A stretch of 64,000 bases of DNA. It comes from Clostridiales bacterium (GTDB lineage: Bacteria > Bacillota > Clostridia > Christensenellales > Borkfalkiaceae). The notes under the pieces are model-generated. The model did no database searches. It had not been told where the DNA came from and was given only the letters and a program-made list of their open reading frames with translations. Position numbers and translations under genes: made by a program. The DNA is taken from contig SVHN01000003.1 in assembly GCA_015055805.1 (NCBI GenBank), forward strand, positions 96,503-160,502, read 5' to 3'. Positions 45,919 through 57,040 of the stretch are shown one piece after another. Within the stretch, counting starts at the first letter, position 1. Each line of letters starts with the position of its first letter.

Positions 45919-47094
45919 TTAAAATCCAAGTTCAATTAGACCGTGCTTTTCGAGATAATCGGTGTAAGATTCTACGCCGTTTTCTTTGATAGCAATACCT
46001 TTTTCCCAACGGCAACCAAAGGTTGAACCAGAAACGAAAGTATCTACCTGGAAGGTCATATTCTTTTGAAGTGTGTAGTTAGACGAAGTTTCCATCCAAG
46101 GTGCTTCAACTTCAATCATACCCGTGCCGTGGCAAGGTCCGTAAACGTAGTTCTTTTCGTAGCCTGCATCTTTGAACATCTGCAAGAACTGTTTGGGAAC
46201 TCTGTCCGCAGGAATACCAGCTTTAAGCTGTTCGGTAGTCCAGTTATGCATCTTTAAGCAGAACTCAACGATTTCTTTCTTTTCGCCTTCTGCCTTGCCC
46301 ATAAATACGGGAAGACCGATTGCAGGTGAATAACCGTCGATTTTAGCAGAAAGGTTCAACTGAACGATATCGTTCTTGCCGATCTGTTTATAGGTCGAAC
46401 GGCTGATTGCGTGGCGGGTTGAAGATTCGCTGAAAACGTACATGGGAAGACCTTCGTATTCCGCGCCGTTTTCATAAATAACTCTTTGAGCAATACCAAC
46501 CATTTGAAGTTCGGTAACACCGGGTTTTAACGCCTTAACAACTTCGTCGGTAGCAAGTTCAACGATTCTGAAACCTTCTCTGATACAAGCAAGTTCGTTT
46601 TCCGACTTGATTGAACGAAGTGCAACCATAATGTCGCTGCAAATAGAAATTTCCGCTTTCGGGAAAGTTTCTTTTAATCCTTCCATAATGGGAAGAGTGC
46701 ATTCAACGTAACTACCTAAACCGATCTTAAGATTTTCGCCCGTTGCGCCAACGTAATCAAACGCCATCTTAAAGGTGTCGGGAACAAGTTCGGGATATGC
46801 AGGGTCAGCAGATTCACGGAACTCTTTCAATACCATAACCTTGTCGATTTTACCGAAGTCTTTTGCAAATATTGCAGACTCAGGCCCAACCAAAAGTACG
46901 GCTTTTCCGTTTGCGCCGATCAAAACGCCCGCTCTTTCAAACAACGGCCAAAATCCTGAAAAATATCTTGCGTTTGCATAGTCGCTCTCGGTAGATACGA
47001 CGAGCATTGCGTCAAGACCTTTTGCAGCAACTAGCTTTGCAGCTTTTGCTATTCTTTCCTGGTATTCATAATCAGGGATACATATTCTTTGCAT
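45919..47094 (-). CDS. M24-family (creatinase/prolidase fold) hydrolase, probably not a canonical metallopeptidase
   Basis: Creatinase_N-like N-terminal domain plus a pita-bread C-terminal domain. By eye, both canonical Asp metal ligands are replaced (..VQLNLSAKIDGYSPAIG..) and one Glu is replaced by Asp (QVDTF). Confidence 0.75.
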   Translation of the reverse strand: MQRICIPDYEYQERIAKAAKLVAAKGLDAMLVVSTESDYANARYFSGFWPLFERAGVLIGANGKAVLLVGPESAIFAKDFGKIDKVMVLKEFRESADPAYPELVPDTFKMAFDYVGATGENLKIGLGSYVECTLPIMEGLKETFPKAEISICSDIMVALRSIKSENELACIREGFRIVELATDEVVKALKPGVTELQMVGIAQRVIYENGAEYEGLPMYVFSESSTRHAISRSTYKQIGKNDIVQLNLSAKIDGYSPAIGLPVFMGKAEGEKKEIVEFCLKMHNWTTEQLKAGIPADRVPKQFLQMFKDAGYEKNYVYGPCHGTGMIEVEAPWMETSSNYTLQKNMTFQVDTFVSGSTFGCRWEKGIAIKENGVESYTDYLEKHGLIELGF

Positions 47095-47162
47095 AAGTAT
47101 AATTCTCCTTAACTTTTATTTTTTTATAATTATATATCTAAACCTAAATTTTGTCTTTGTCA

Positions 47163-47229
47163 AATCGTCAATTATTTTTGCACAATCGTAAATTTATTTA
47201 TTGACAAAAGAATTTGATTAAGGTATAAT
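47163..47229 (+). promoter_or_regulatory. AraC-2 promoter with two 11-nt direct repeats upstream of the -35; apparently a leaderless transcript
   Basis: AATCGTCAATT at 47163..47173 and AATCGTAAATT at 47184..47194, 21 nt apart. TTGACA is at 47201..47206 and TATAAT at 47224..47229 (17-nt spacer). The ATG lies 6 nt downstream, at 47236, with no SD. Confidence 0.5.
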
Positions 47230-47235
47230 CAAGTT

Positions 47236-48090
47236 ATGAAATTTATACTTAAAGAATTAGACGACAGCATAACGGTATCGGGCGTTGCGAACGTGCATTT
47301 TTTCGAGTTCCCCGAAAACTTCCACACCGACTACGACCGTCACCCATTTTACGAACTACTATTCGTTGCGAGCGGAAAACTTAACGTTTTAAGCGAAGGG
47401 TATTCTGGGCTTATGAAAAAAAACGAAATGATTATCCATAAGGCTAACGAATACCACTCGCTAAAATGTGTCGGCAGCACCGCGCCCACCGTCATAATAA
47501 TAGGTTTTGACACGGCAAGCGGTAACATTGACGGGTTTTCAAAGTTGCCCGTAACCCTTTCGGACGACGAAGTTAAAAAACTCGCGGAAATCGTAAAGGA
47601 AGGGCGAAACGTTTTCGCGCCGCCTTACGACGTGCCGGTATACGATATGAAAAAGAAAAAGCACCAGCCTTTCGGTGCAGAGCAACTTCTTAAAAACCTA
47701 TTAGAATATTTTCTTATAAGTCTTTCAAGGAAGTTTAGCGACAAGCCCGAATCGGAAGACAACGGTCAAACGGGACTTTCGGTTGGTGAAATCATAGCGT
47801 ATATGGACGATAACTATAAAGAAAAAATCACGCTTGACGAACTAGCCTTTATTTTTAGAACCAACCGCTCCACCCTATGCCGAGAATTTAAGCGCGGTAC
47901 GGGCAAGACGATAAGCGAATACGTCGCAGATAAAAAACTTGCCGATGCAAAACAAAAGATTAAAGGAACGTCTAAGACCTTTACAGAAATTGCAGAAGAA
48001 CTTAATTTTGAAAGTATTCATTACTTTACACGCTTTTTCAAAAAGCATACGGGAACAAGCCCTAAAACGTACAGAAACCAAGTAAAATAG
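47236..48090 (+). CDS. AraC-family transcriptional regulator (cupin sensor plus dual HTH)
   Basis: The C-terminus, LDELAFIFRTNRSTLCREFK...FTEIAEELNFESIHYFTRFFKKHTGTSPKTYR, is an AraC HTH pair. Confidence 0.85.
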   Translation: MKFILKELDDSITVSGVANVHFFEFPENFHTDYDRHPFYELLFVASGKLNVLSEGYSGLMKKNEMIIHKANEYHSLKCVGSTAPTVIIIGFDTASGNIDGFSKLPVTLSDDEVKKLAEIVKEGRNVFAPPYDVPVYDMKKKKHQPFGAEQLLKNLLEYFLISLSRKFSDKPESEDNGQTGLSVGEIIAYMDDNYKEKITLDELAFIFRTNRSTLCREFKRGTGKTISEYVADKKLADAKQKIKGTSKTFTEIAEELNFESIHYFTRFFKKHTGTSPKTYRNQVK

Positions 48091-48092
48091 AC

Positions 48093-48126
48093 AAACCGCC
48101 TCGGCTATTGCCAGCCGAGGCGGTTT
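48093..48126. terminator. Bidirectional terminator (AAACCGCCTCGGC / GCCGAGGCGGTTT)
   Basis: Perfect 13-bp stem between convergent genes. Confidence 0.8.
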
Positions 48127-48142
48127 AAGTTTATTATTATTT

Positions 48143-50566
<2,424 letters not shown>

Positions 50567-50591
50567 TTATCTTCTCTCCGTACCCTTATTT

Positions 50592-52544
50592 TTAAGAACG
50601 TTTCATCTTTGCAAACTTGTCTTCTTTGTTAAAGTCTGCGTGTTCAAAAATATATTTTTTTCTTTCACCTACTTCGTCACCCATTAAAACGGTAATAAGT
50701 CGGTCGGCTTCCGCCGCGTCGTCAATGGTTACCTGCATGAGTGAACGGTGTTCGGGATCAAGCGTAGTTTCCCATAACTGCGACGGGTTCATTTCACCTA
50801 GACCTTTATATCTCTGTAAGGTGTACCCTCGCCCGATCTTAGCCGATTTTTCCGCAAGTTCCTTGTCGTCGTACGCGTACTCTTCAACGTTGCCTTTTTT
50901 AAGTTTATATAGCGGTGGCATACCGATATAGACGTGACCAGCCGTAACGAGTTCTTTCATATACCTAAAGAAGAAAGTTAAAAGTATCGCCCTAATATGC
51001 GCGCCGTCCTGATCGGCATCAGATAGAATTATAACTTTGTGGTATTTAAGTCCGCTCAAATCGAACTCACTACCTATACCCGTTCCTAGCGCGCTTATTA
51101 TTGTTCGTATTTCTTCGTTTTGTAGGATTTGGTCAATCTTCTTTTTCTCAACGTTTAAGGGCTTACCTCTAAGTGGTAATATTGCTTGATACTGTCTAAC
51201 CCTTGCTTGCTTTGCGCTGCCGCCTGCCGAATCACCTTCGACTATAAACAGTTCGTTGAGTTCGGGTTTTCTTCCCGAACAAGCGGCAAGTTTTCCGACA
51301 AGGTTTTGCGATTCTATACTCTTTGCCGCCCTTGCAACTTCCTTGGCTTTCTTAGCGGCAAGTCTTGCTTTTGCCGCGCCCATAGCCTTATTTATAACCG
51401 TATCGAAAACCTTGGTGAGTTTTTTATTCTTCATAAGCGTTTCAAGTTCACTTACCGTCACGCTCTCAACTGCAACGCGCGCCTCGGGGTTGCCGAGTTT
51501 GGTCTTGGTCTGACCTTCAAACTGCACGTTCTGCATCTTTATAGAAAGTATTGCAGTAAGACCTTCTTTAAAGTCTTCACCCAAAAGGTTGTCGTCTTTA
51601 TCTTTAATTATGTTTCTTTCCCTTGCGTAATCGTTAAGCGTTCTAGTAAGCCCCGAACGGAATCCCGTTTCATGCATACCGCCCTCGCCCGTGGGAATAT
51701 TGTTGACGTACGAATACACGCTGTCAACGTAAGCGTCGGTGTGCTGTATTGCAAACTCGACAAAAATATTATCCTTGCTTGCCGCTGCGTAAATAGGCTC
51801 TTGATAAAGCGCGCCTTTACCTTCGTTAAGGTACTTAATAAAGTCTACCACACCGCCGTCGTACTTATAGGTACGGCTAAAATCGGTATGTTCGTCGTAA
51901 AACTTAATCTCTAACCCTTTATTCAAAAACGCAAGTTCTTTTAATCTTTTAAGTATGGTTTCTACGTTAAACACCGTAGTTTCAAACACCGTTTTATCGG
52001 GAAGAAAACGAACGAAAGTTCCTTTCTTTTTGGTTTTTTCCTTGGTCTTTTTAAGGGGTGCAACGGGAACGCCCGACTTAACCTTTCCACTAGCCTTATC
52101 AAGATAACTATGGAAAGACATCTCGTATACGACGTCTTTAAAAACTTTAACTTCTAACCACTCGGAAAGCGCGTTAGTAACCGACGCGCCAACGCCGTGC
52201 AGACCGCCCGAATAGTTATAGTTATCCGAACCGAACTTTCCGCCTGCGTGAAGTTGGGTAAATACAACTTCAACACCCGACACGCCTGCTTTTGAGTGAA
52301 TATCGGTAGGAATACCCCTACCGTTATCTTCAACCGACGCGCTGCCGTCTTTATAAAGTTTAATCTCAATTTTGTTTGCGTAGCCGTTTGCCGCCTCGTC
52401 AATAGCGTTGTCGACTATTTCCCAAAGTATGTGGTGAAGTCCCTTGACTGAAGTCGTTCCGATATACATACCCGGACGCATTCTGACCGCATCCAAGCCT
52501 TCGAGAATTTTTATATCTTCCGCCTTATACGTTTGTTTTGCCAT
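50592..52544 (-). CDS. Type IIA DNA topoisomerase subunit B (GyrB/ParE family)
   Basis: GHKL ATPase domain (LHHILWEIVDNAIDEA, DNGRGIP) and Toprim domain (ELFIVEGDSAGGSAKQ, IILSDADQDGAHI). Confidence 0.9.
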   Translation of the reverse strand: MAKQTYKAEDIKILEGLDAVRMRPGMYIGTTSVKGLHHILWEIVDNAIDEAANGYANKIEIKLYKDGSASVEDNGRGIPTDIHSKAGVSGVEVVFTQLHAGGKFGSDNYNYSGGLHGVGASVTNALSEWLEVKVFKDVVYEMSFHSYLDKASGKVKSGVPVAPLKKTKEKTKKKGTFVRFLPDKTVFETTVFNVETILKRLKELAFLNKGLEIKFYDEHTDFSRTYKYDGGVVDFIKYLNEGKGALYQEPIYAAASKDNIFVEFAIQHTDAYVDSVYSYVNNIPTGEGGMHETGFRSGLTRTLNDYARERNIIKDKDDNLLGEDFKEGLTAILSIKMQNVQFEGQTKTKLGNPEARVAVESVTVSELETLMKNKKLTKVFDTVINKAMGAAKARLAAKKAKEVARAAKSIESQNLVGKLAACSGRKPELNELFIVEGDSAGGSAKQARVRQYQAILPLRGKPLNVEKKKIDQILQNEEIRTIISALGTGIGSEFDLSGLKYHKVIILSDADQDGAHIRAILLTFFFRYMKELVTAGHVYIGMPPLYKLKKGNVEEYAYDDKELAEKSAKIGRGYTLQRYKGLGEMNPSQLWETTLDPEHRSLMQVTIDDAAEADRLITVLMGDEVGERKKYIFEHADFNKEDKFAKMKRS

Positions 52545-52654
52545 TCTTTTTCTCCCATTTTCAGAATATATTGTAGACCTTTACTCGTCCTATTATACTA
52601 TATATTGTGTTTTTTTTCAAGCATATAAGGAAATTTTTGGCATTTAGACGCGAT

Positions 52655-52698
52655 AAAATAAAAATTTCTCCGTTTTTTTATTCAAAAAACGGAGAAAT
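52655..52698 (-). terminator. Rho-independent terminator after the methyltransferase gene
   Basis: Long ATTTCTCCGTTTTTT / AAAAAACGGAGAAAT stem, followed on the minus strand by a T-rich run. Confidence 0.7.
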
Positions 52699-52716
52699 CC
52701 TTTTAAATTTTCTTAT

Positions 52717-53643
52717 TTATTTGCGATGAGACGACAAAAAACTGTTTCTTTCTAGGAAAACGCCGTTTTCGTAGCCTTGGATAGTCTTATCGGTTTCGGC
52801 GTCAAGTAATCGCTTTTCCGCCCACGCGCAATACAAGGGGTTTTGTTCTATATCAATAAACCGTCTACCGAGTTTTTTTGCAACAACGCCCGTAGTTCCA
52901 CTACCTGCAAACGGGTCTAGCACCAAATCGCCCTCATTAGAACTTGCTAGTATTAGTTTAGCGATAAGTTTTTCGGGTTTTTGCGTTGGGTGCGCGGTGT
53001 TTTCCGCCATCGACCAGTAGGGTACTGCTATATCGTCCCAAAAGTTGGACGGACAAGTGTTCCTAAATTTTCCGTCTTCGGTCTGTTCCCAATCCTTGGG
53101 TTTACCGTTTTCCTTATACGGTGCAATCACGCGTTTTTTTATCTTTACTGCGTCTAAGTTAAAGGTGTAATCATCACTAACCGTCGCGTAAAAAATATCT
53201 TCCATAGAGTTTTTCCAGTTTGCCTTAGCACCCCTGCCCTTTTCTCTTTGCCACGTTATACGGTTTTTAAGGTTAAAATGCTTTGACACTATCGGACCTA
53301 TCACCAGCGCGCTTTTCCAGTCGCAGCAGACGTATACGCTTGCCGTGTCTTTGAGTTTTCCTTTGACCGCTAATATCCAACTTTCGGTATACTCTGCGTA
53401 TTTTTCTTCCCGCTGCTTTTTAAATCCGTTCCCGTGAAAGTCCTTGTCTAGATTATACGGCGGATCGACTATTAGTAAATCCACAGACCTTTCGGGAAGT
53501 TTTTTTAACGCGTCGAAAGTATCGCCTATTACCGTGCTATTATATGGTATTTGGTCAACGCTATCAAGTTTTACCGCGCGTTCTAAATACTGCCCTGCCT
53601 GTTCTAACGGAAAGTCTATGGTTTTGTTTCTCAATGATTTCAT
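52717..53643 (-). CDS. Beta-class DNA methyltransferase (DPPY type, probably N6-adenine), with no adjacent restriction gene
   Basis: Motif IV (LLIVDPPYNL) comes before HPTQKPEKL and motif I (VLDPFAGSGTTGVVA), which is the beta-class order seen in CcrM/HinfI-type enzymes. Its ATG lies 1 nt after the rho stop codon. Confidence 0.85.
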   Translation of the reverse strand: MKSLRNKTIDFPLEQAGQYLERAVKLDSVDQIPYNSTVIGDTFDALKKLPERSVDLLIVDPPYNLDKDFHGNGFKKQREEKYAEYTESWILAVKGKLKDTASVYVCCDWKSALVIGPIVSKHFNLKNRITWQREKGRGAKANWKNSMEDIFYATVSDDYTFNLDAVKIKKRVIAPYKENGKPKDWEQTEDGKFRNTCPSNFWDDIAVPYWSMAENTAHPTQKPEKLIAKLILASSNEGDLVLDPFAGSGTTGVVAKKLGRRFIDIEQNPLYCAWAEKRLLDAETDKTIQGYENGVFLERNSFLSSHRK

Positions 53644-53644
53644 A

Positions 53645-55048
53645 CTATTTCCTGTAAAGCTTTATCCACGAATCGAGTTTGTCGGATAAATCGTCGTTGT
53701 TCTTGGTTTTTTTAAGCATTTCTAGCAAACTATCGGTAGCGTCGGGTCTTTCGGATAAAATCGAACGGAGTTTTCTTGCCGTATCGAGTTCCTTATCCGT
53801 TAGCAAAAGTTCTTCCTTTCTAGTTCCTGATTTATAAAGGTCGATAGCAGGGAAGATTCTCTTTTCTGAAAGTTCTCTCGACAAATGAATTTCCATATTG
53901 CCCGTACCTTTAAACTCTTCAAACACAACGTCGTCCATACGGCTACCCGTGTCGATAAGCGCGGTTGATAGTATCGTCAAACTTCCGCCGTCCTCAATAT
54001 TTCTTGCCGCGCCGAAGAAACGCTTAGGTCCTTGCAATGCAACCGGATCAAGACCGCCCGACAAGATTTTTCCAGAAGATTCCACAACGCTATTGTACGC
54101 TCTTGCAAGCCTTGTTATAGAGTCCATAAGAATTATTACGTCCTTACCTGATTCAACCATACGCTTTGCGCGGTTAATAACTAGTTCTGCCGTCCTTACG
54201 TGATGTTCTGGACTTTCGTCAAAGGTAGAGAAAACCACTTCGCTATCCACGCTGCGTTTCATATCGGTAACTTCTTCGGGGCGTTCGTCGATAAGAAGTA
54301 ATATTAGCACCGCGTCGGGATAATTTTCTTCTATCGACTTAGCAATCATTTTAAGTATAGTGGTCTTTCCCGTTTTCGGTGGAGCGACTATCAATCCCCT
54401 TTGTCCCATACCTATGGGCGCAAACATATCTATACAGCGCACGGCTAGTTCGTTCTGAACGCCGTCACGTTCTAGTCTTATTCTTCGAGTCGGATAATAC
54501 GGTACGAGTTCGTCAAAGTTTTTTCTTTTGCCCATTTTGGATATATCTACGCCGTTTACGCTTATTACGTTTTGAAGTGCAGCGGAACTTTCTTCTTGCA
54601 CGAATTTAGCTATCGCCTTAACGCTGTCGCCACGACGAAGATTAAACCTATTAACGTTTGCTTGCGAAACGAACACGTCCCCGAACGACGGACAACGCAA
54701 AAAGCCGTAACCTTTCATGTGGATTTCTAGAACGCCTTCGATAATAAAACCACCCTCGTTAGAAGAGTCCCTAAAAACTATTTTATCTATGGGTTTTTCG
54801 TCGTACGGCTGATTTTGTCTATCGTCTAAAAACTTAGAAATATCCACCTTGATTTTTTGCGGTGCGCCGACGCTCGTTTTAGGCACAGGCTTTAAGTCGC
54901 CGCGCTGAATAGCGAGTATATCGCTTATTAAGTCAGACTTCTTTTTTGCCGCCGGTGCTCTAACGCCTATCTCACGGCCTAATTCCCTTAAAACGTCTAT
55001 GTGTTCGGGATCTAACATTTCTTGTGTTAAATATATAAACTTATTCAT
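53645..55048 (-). CDS. rho: Transcription termination factor Rho
   Basis: Rho_N region, a cold-shock-like RNA-binding domain (GYGFLR), Walker A (PPKTGKTT), and ..[27 protein letters not shown].. Confidence 0.95.
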   Translation of the reverse strand: MNKFIYLTQEMLDPEHIDVLRELGREIGVRAPAAKKKSDLISDILAIQRGDLKPVPKTSVGAPQKIKVDISKFLDDRQNQPYDEKPIDKIVFRDSSNEGGFIIEGVLEIHMKGYGFLRCPSFGDVFVSQANVNRFNLRRGDSVKAIAKFVQEESSAALQNVISVNGVDISKMGKRKNFDELVPYYPTRRIRLERDGVQNELAVRCIDMFAPIGMGQRGLIVAPPKTGKTTILKMIAKSIEENYPDAVLILLLIDERPEEVTDMKRSVDSEVVFSTFDESPEHHVRTAELVINRAKRMVESGKDVIILMDSITRLARAYNSVVESSGKILSGGLDPVALQGPKRFFGAARNIEDGGSLTILSTALIDTGSRMDDVVFEEFKGTGNMEIHLSRELSEKRIFPAIDLYKSGTRKEELLLTDKELDTARKLRSILSERPDATDSLLEMLKKTKNNDDLSDKLDSWIKLYRK

Positions 55049-55065
55049 TTTTTTATTCTCCTTTT

Positions 55066-56280
55066 TTAGTTCGCTAAATAGCCTTTATTTTCCTTAATTG
55101 CACGCGCTGCAAGTATTGCCGACACGAAAGCAAAGGTCAGGTTATATCCACCGCAGTCGCCGTCTATATCCAACGTTTCGCCGACTATATACAGTCCTTT
55201 TTGCATTCGGCTTTGCATTGAAGCGGGATTTACTTCCGCAGTTCTAATTCCGCCTTTGGTCACTTGCGCGTAATTAAAGCCTAGGTTTCCCGTAACCTTT
55301 AAGGTAAAGTTTTTAAGGGCAAACGCGACGTCTTTTGCGCTACCGCTCTTCGCGGTTTTTAGGACGGCTTGACCAACGCGTTTATTTATTATACCCGTCA
55401 AAAGGTTTTCCCTATCAAAGTAACCGATCTTTTCCCTTTGCTCTAAAAGATTTTGTACTTCGCTTAAACTAAGTTCGGGCAAAAACTCTATTTTTAAACT
55501 TACGTTTTCTTTATCCGTAACGCCTGCCGAAAGGCTGAATATGCTTGACCCCGACACGCCGAACTCGGTAAAGAGTAAGTCCCCCGTTGCGGACTTTATT
55601 TCCTTTCCGTCAACTTTTGCAACTACCCTTGCCGTTTCTTTTAAGCCTTTTAACGCGCGGATAAGCGTGGTATCCGTCTTTAACTGCACTAGCGACGGAT
55701 AAACTTTCGTGAGGGTATGATCGAACCTTTGGGCAAGTCTATAAGCCGTGCCGTCCGTTCCGAACTGTTTTGCCGCCGCACCGCCCGTTGCTAAAACAAC
55801 CGATTTAGAGTAATAGGTTTGATCCTTGGTTATAATCTCAAACGCGCCGTTTTTATACTTTATATCTTTGACTTCAGAGTTGGTTGTTTCACTAACGCCA
55901 CTATCTTTTAAGTTGGCTCTTATGATATCCAAAACTGCGCTTGCCTGTTTTGAAAGCGGATACATTTTGCCCTGCTTATCACAAGTTAAATATATGCCGA
56001 GTTTTTCTAGATATCCCACCAAGTCCACCTTTTCAAGGCTTGACAAAAAGGAATTTATAAAATCTTTATCACCGTAATAGTTTTGGCTTTTAATACTTGC
56101 GTTGGTCAAGTTTCCCTGACCGTTCCCCGTTGCGATAAGTTTTTTGCCTACCCTGTCGTTTTTTTCAAGAATAACGACGTCGCCCCCCTTAAAAGGGTTT
56201 TCGCCACGAGTGAGTTCGACAGCCGCCATAAGCCCTGCCGCGCCACCGCCAACTATTGCGCTGCGGTATATTTTCTGCAA
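55066..56280 (-). CDS. HI0933/BaiN-like NAD(P)/FAD-dependent oxidoreductase
   Basis: IVGGGAAGLMAA dinucleotide motif and a C-terminal GETLDIDGDCGGYNL. The likely start is the TTG at 56280, 8 nt after AAGGAGG. The listed start at 56313 is a GTG with no SD. Confidence 0.8.
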   Translation of the reverse strand: MQKIYRSAIVGGGAAGLMAAVELTRGENPFKGGDVVILEKNDRVGKKLIATGNGQGNLTNASIKSQNYYGDKDFINSFLSSLEKVDLVGYLEKLGIYLTCDKQGKMYPLSKQASAVLDIIRANLKDSGVSETTNSEVKDIKYKNGAFEIITKDQTYYSKSVVLATGGAAAKQFGTDGTAYRLAQRFDHTLTKVYPSLVQLKTDTTLIRALKGLKETARVVAKVDGKEIKSATGDLLFTEFGVSGSSIFSLSAGVTDKENVSLKIEFLPELSLSEVQNLLEQREKIGYFDRENLLTGIINKRVGQAVLKTAKSGSAKDVAFALKNFTLKVTGNLGFNYAQVTKGGIRTAEVNPASMQSRMQKGLYIVGETLDIDGDCGGYNLTFAFVSAILAARAIKENKGYLAN

Positions 56281-56392
56281 AAATCTACCCTCCTTGCACT
56301 TTAAAGTAGCCACGAAAACAGTTGAAAATATTCAACCGTTTCCGCTATAAATTTTAAGTTTTAATGATTTTGTGAAAAATAAAAAGAAAAAG

Positions 56393-57040
56393 TTAAAAAA
56401 TTATGTCGAGAAGTTCTAAAGGCGTATTCGCAAAGACTTTCGCCCCTGCGTTTTCTAGTTGAGATTTACTTCTATATCCCCAAAGAACGGCTATTCCGTT
56501 CATACCGCCGTTTATTGCGGTTAAAACGTCGGTTTCGCCGTCGCCAACAAAATACGCGTTTTTTGGCTCAACCGAAAATTCTGATAAAATATCTAATGCT
56601 GAAGTCGGGTCAGGTTTAATCTTTACACCCGATCTTTGACCTACCACTTTATCAAACCCCATATCCATCATATAGTTTTGATAAACGTTGTCGGTGGTTT
56701 CTTGCGGTTTATTGGTTAGTATTGCAACCTTATAGCCACGCGCTTTAAGTTCTTTTACTACTTGCTTTATGCCGTCAAACACGTGGGTTTTGGGACTACC
56801 CGAATCGGTGTATATGCGGTTATAATAGTCGTGCCGCTCATTTAGTTCTTCTTCGGTAACCGAAACAGGGATTGAAAGTTTGGCAAGGTTTCTTGAACCG
56901 CAACCGATAAACTGCATAATCTCTTTTTCGCTACGCTTAGGATAGCCGAACTTAGCAAGCATTAGGTTTATATTGTCCGCAATATCACCAAGCGTATCTA
57001 AAAGCGTGCCGTCTAGGTCGAAAATTACAGCCTTATTCAT
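56393..57040 (-). CDS. HAD-superfamily hydrolase (phosphoglycolate phosphatase / PpaX-like)
   Basis: VIFDLDGTLLDT motif I, ILTNK motif II and VGDGETD motif III. Confidence 0.8.
   Translation of the reverse strand: MNKAVIFDLDGTLLDTLGDIADNINLMLAKFGYPKRSEKEIMQFIGCGSRNLAKLSIPVSVTEEELNERHDYYNRIYTDSGSPKTHVFDGIKQVVKELKARGYKVAILTNKPQETTDNVYQNYMMDMGFDKVVGQRSGVKIKPDPTSALDILSEFSVEPKNAYFVGDGETDVLTAINGGMNGIAVLWGYRSKSQLENAGAKVFANTPLELLDIIF

Noticed and set aside
53662-53670. TTATCCACG, a near match to the DnaA box TTATCCACA, close to the topoisomerase genes. This raised the question of an oriC.
   Set aside because: It is a single imperfect box inside the rho coding sequence. There is no cluster of boxes, no AT-rich unwinding element and no dnaA or dnaN nearby.
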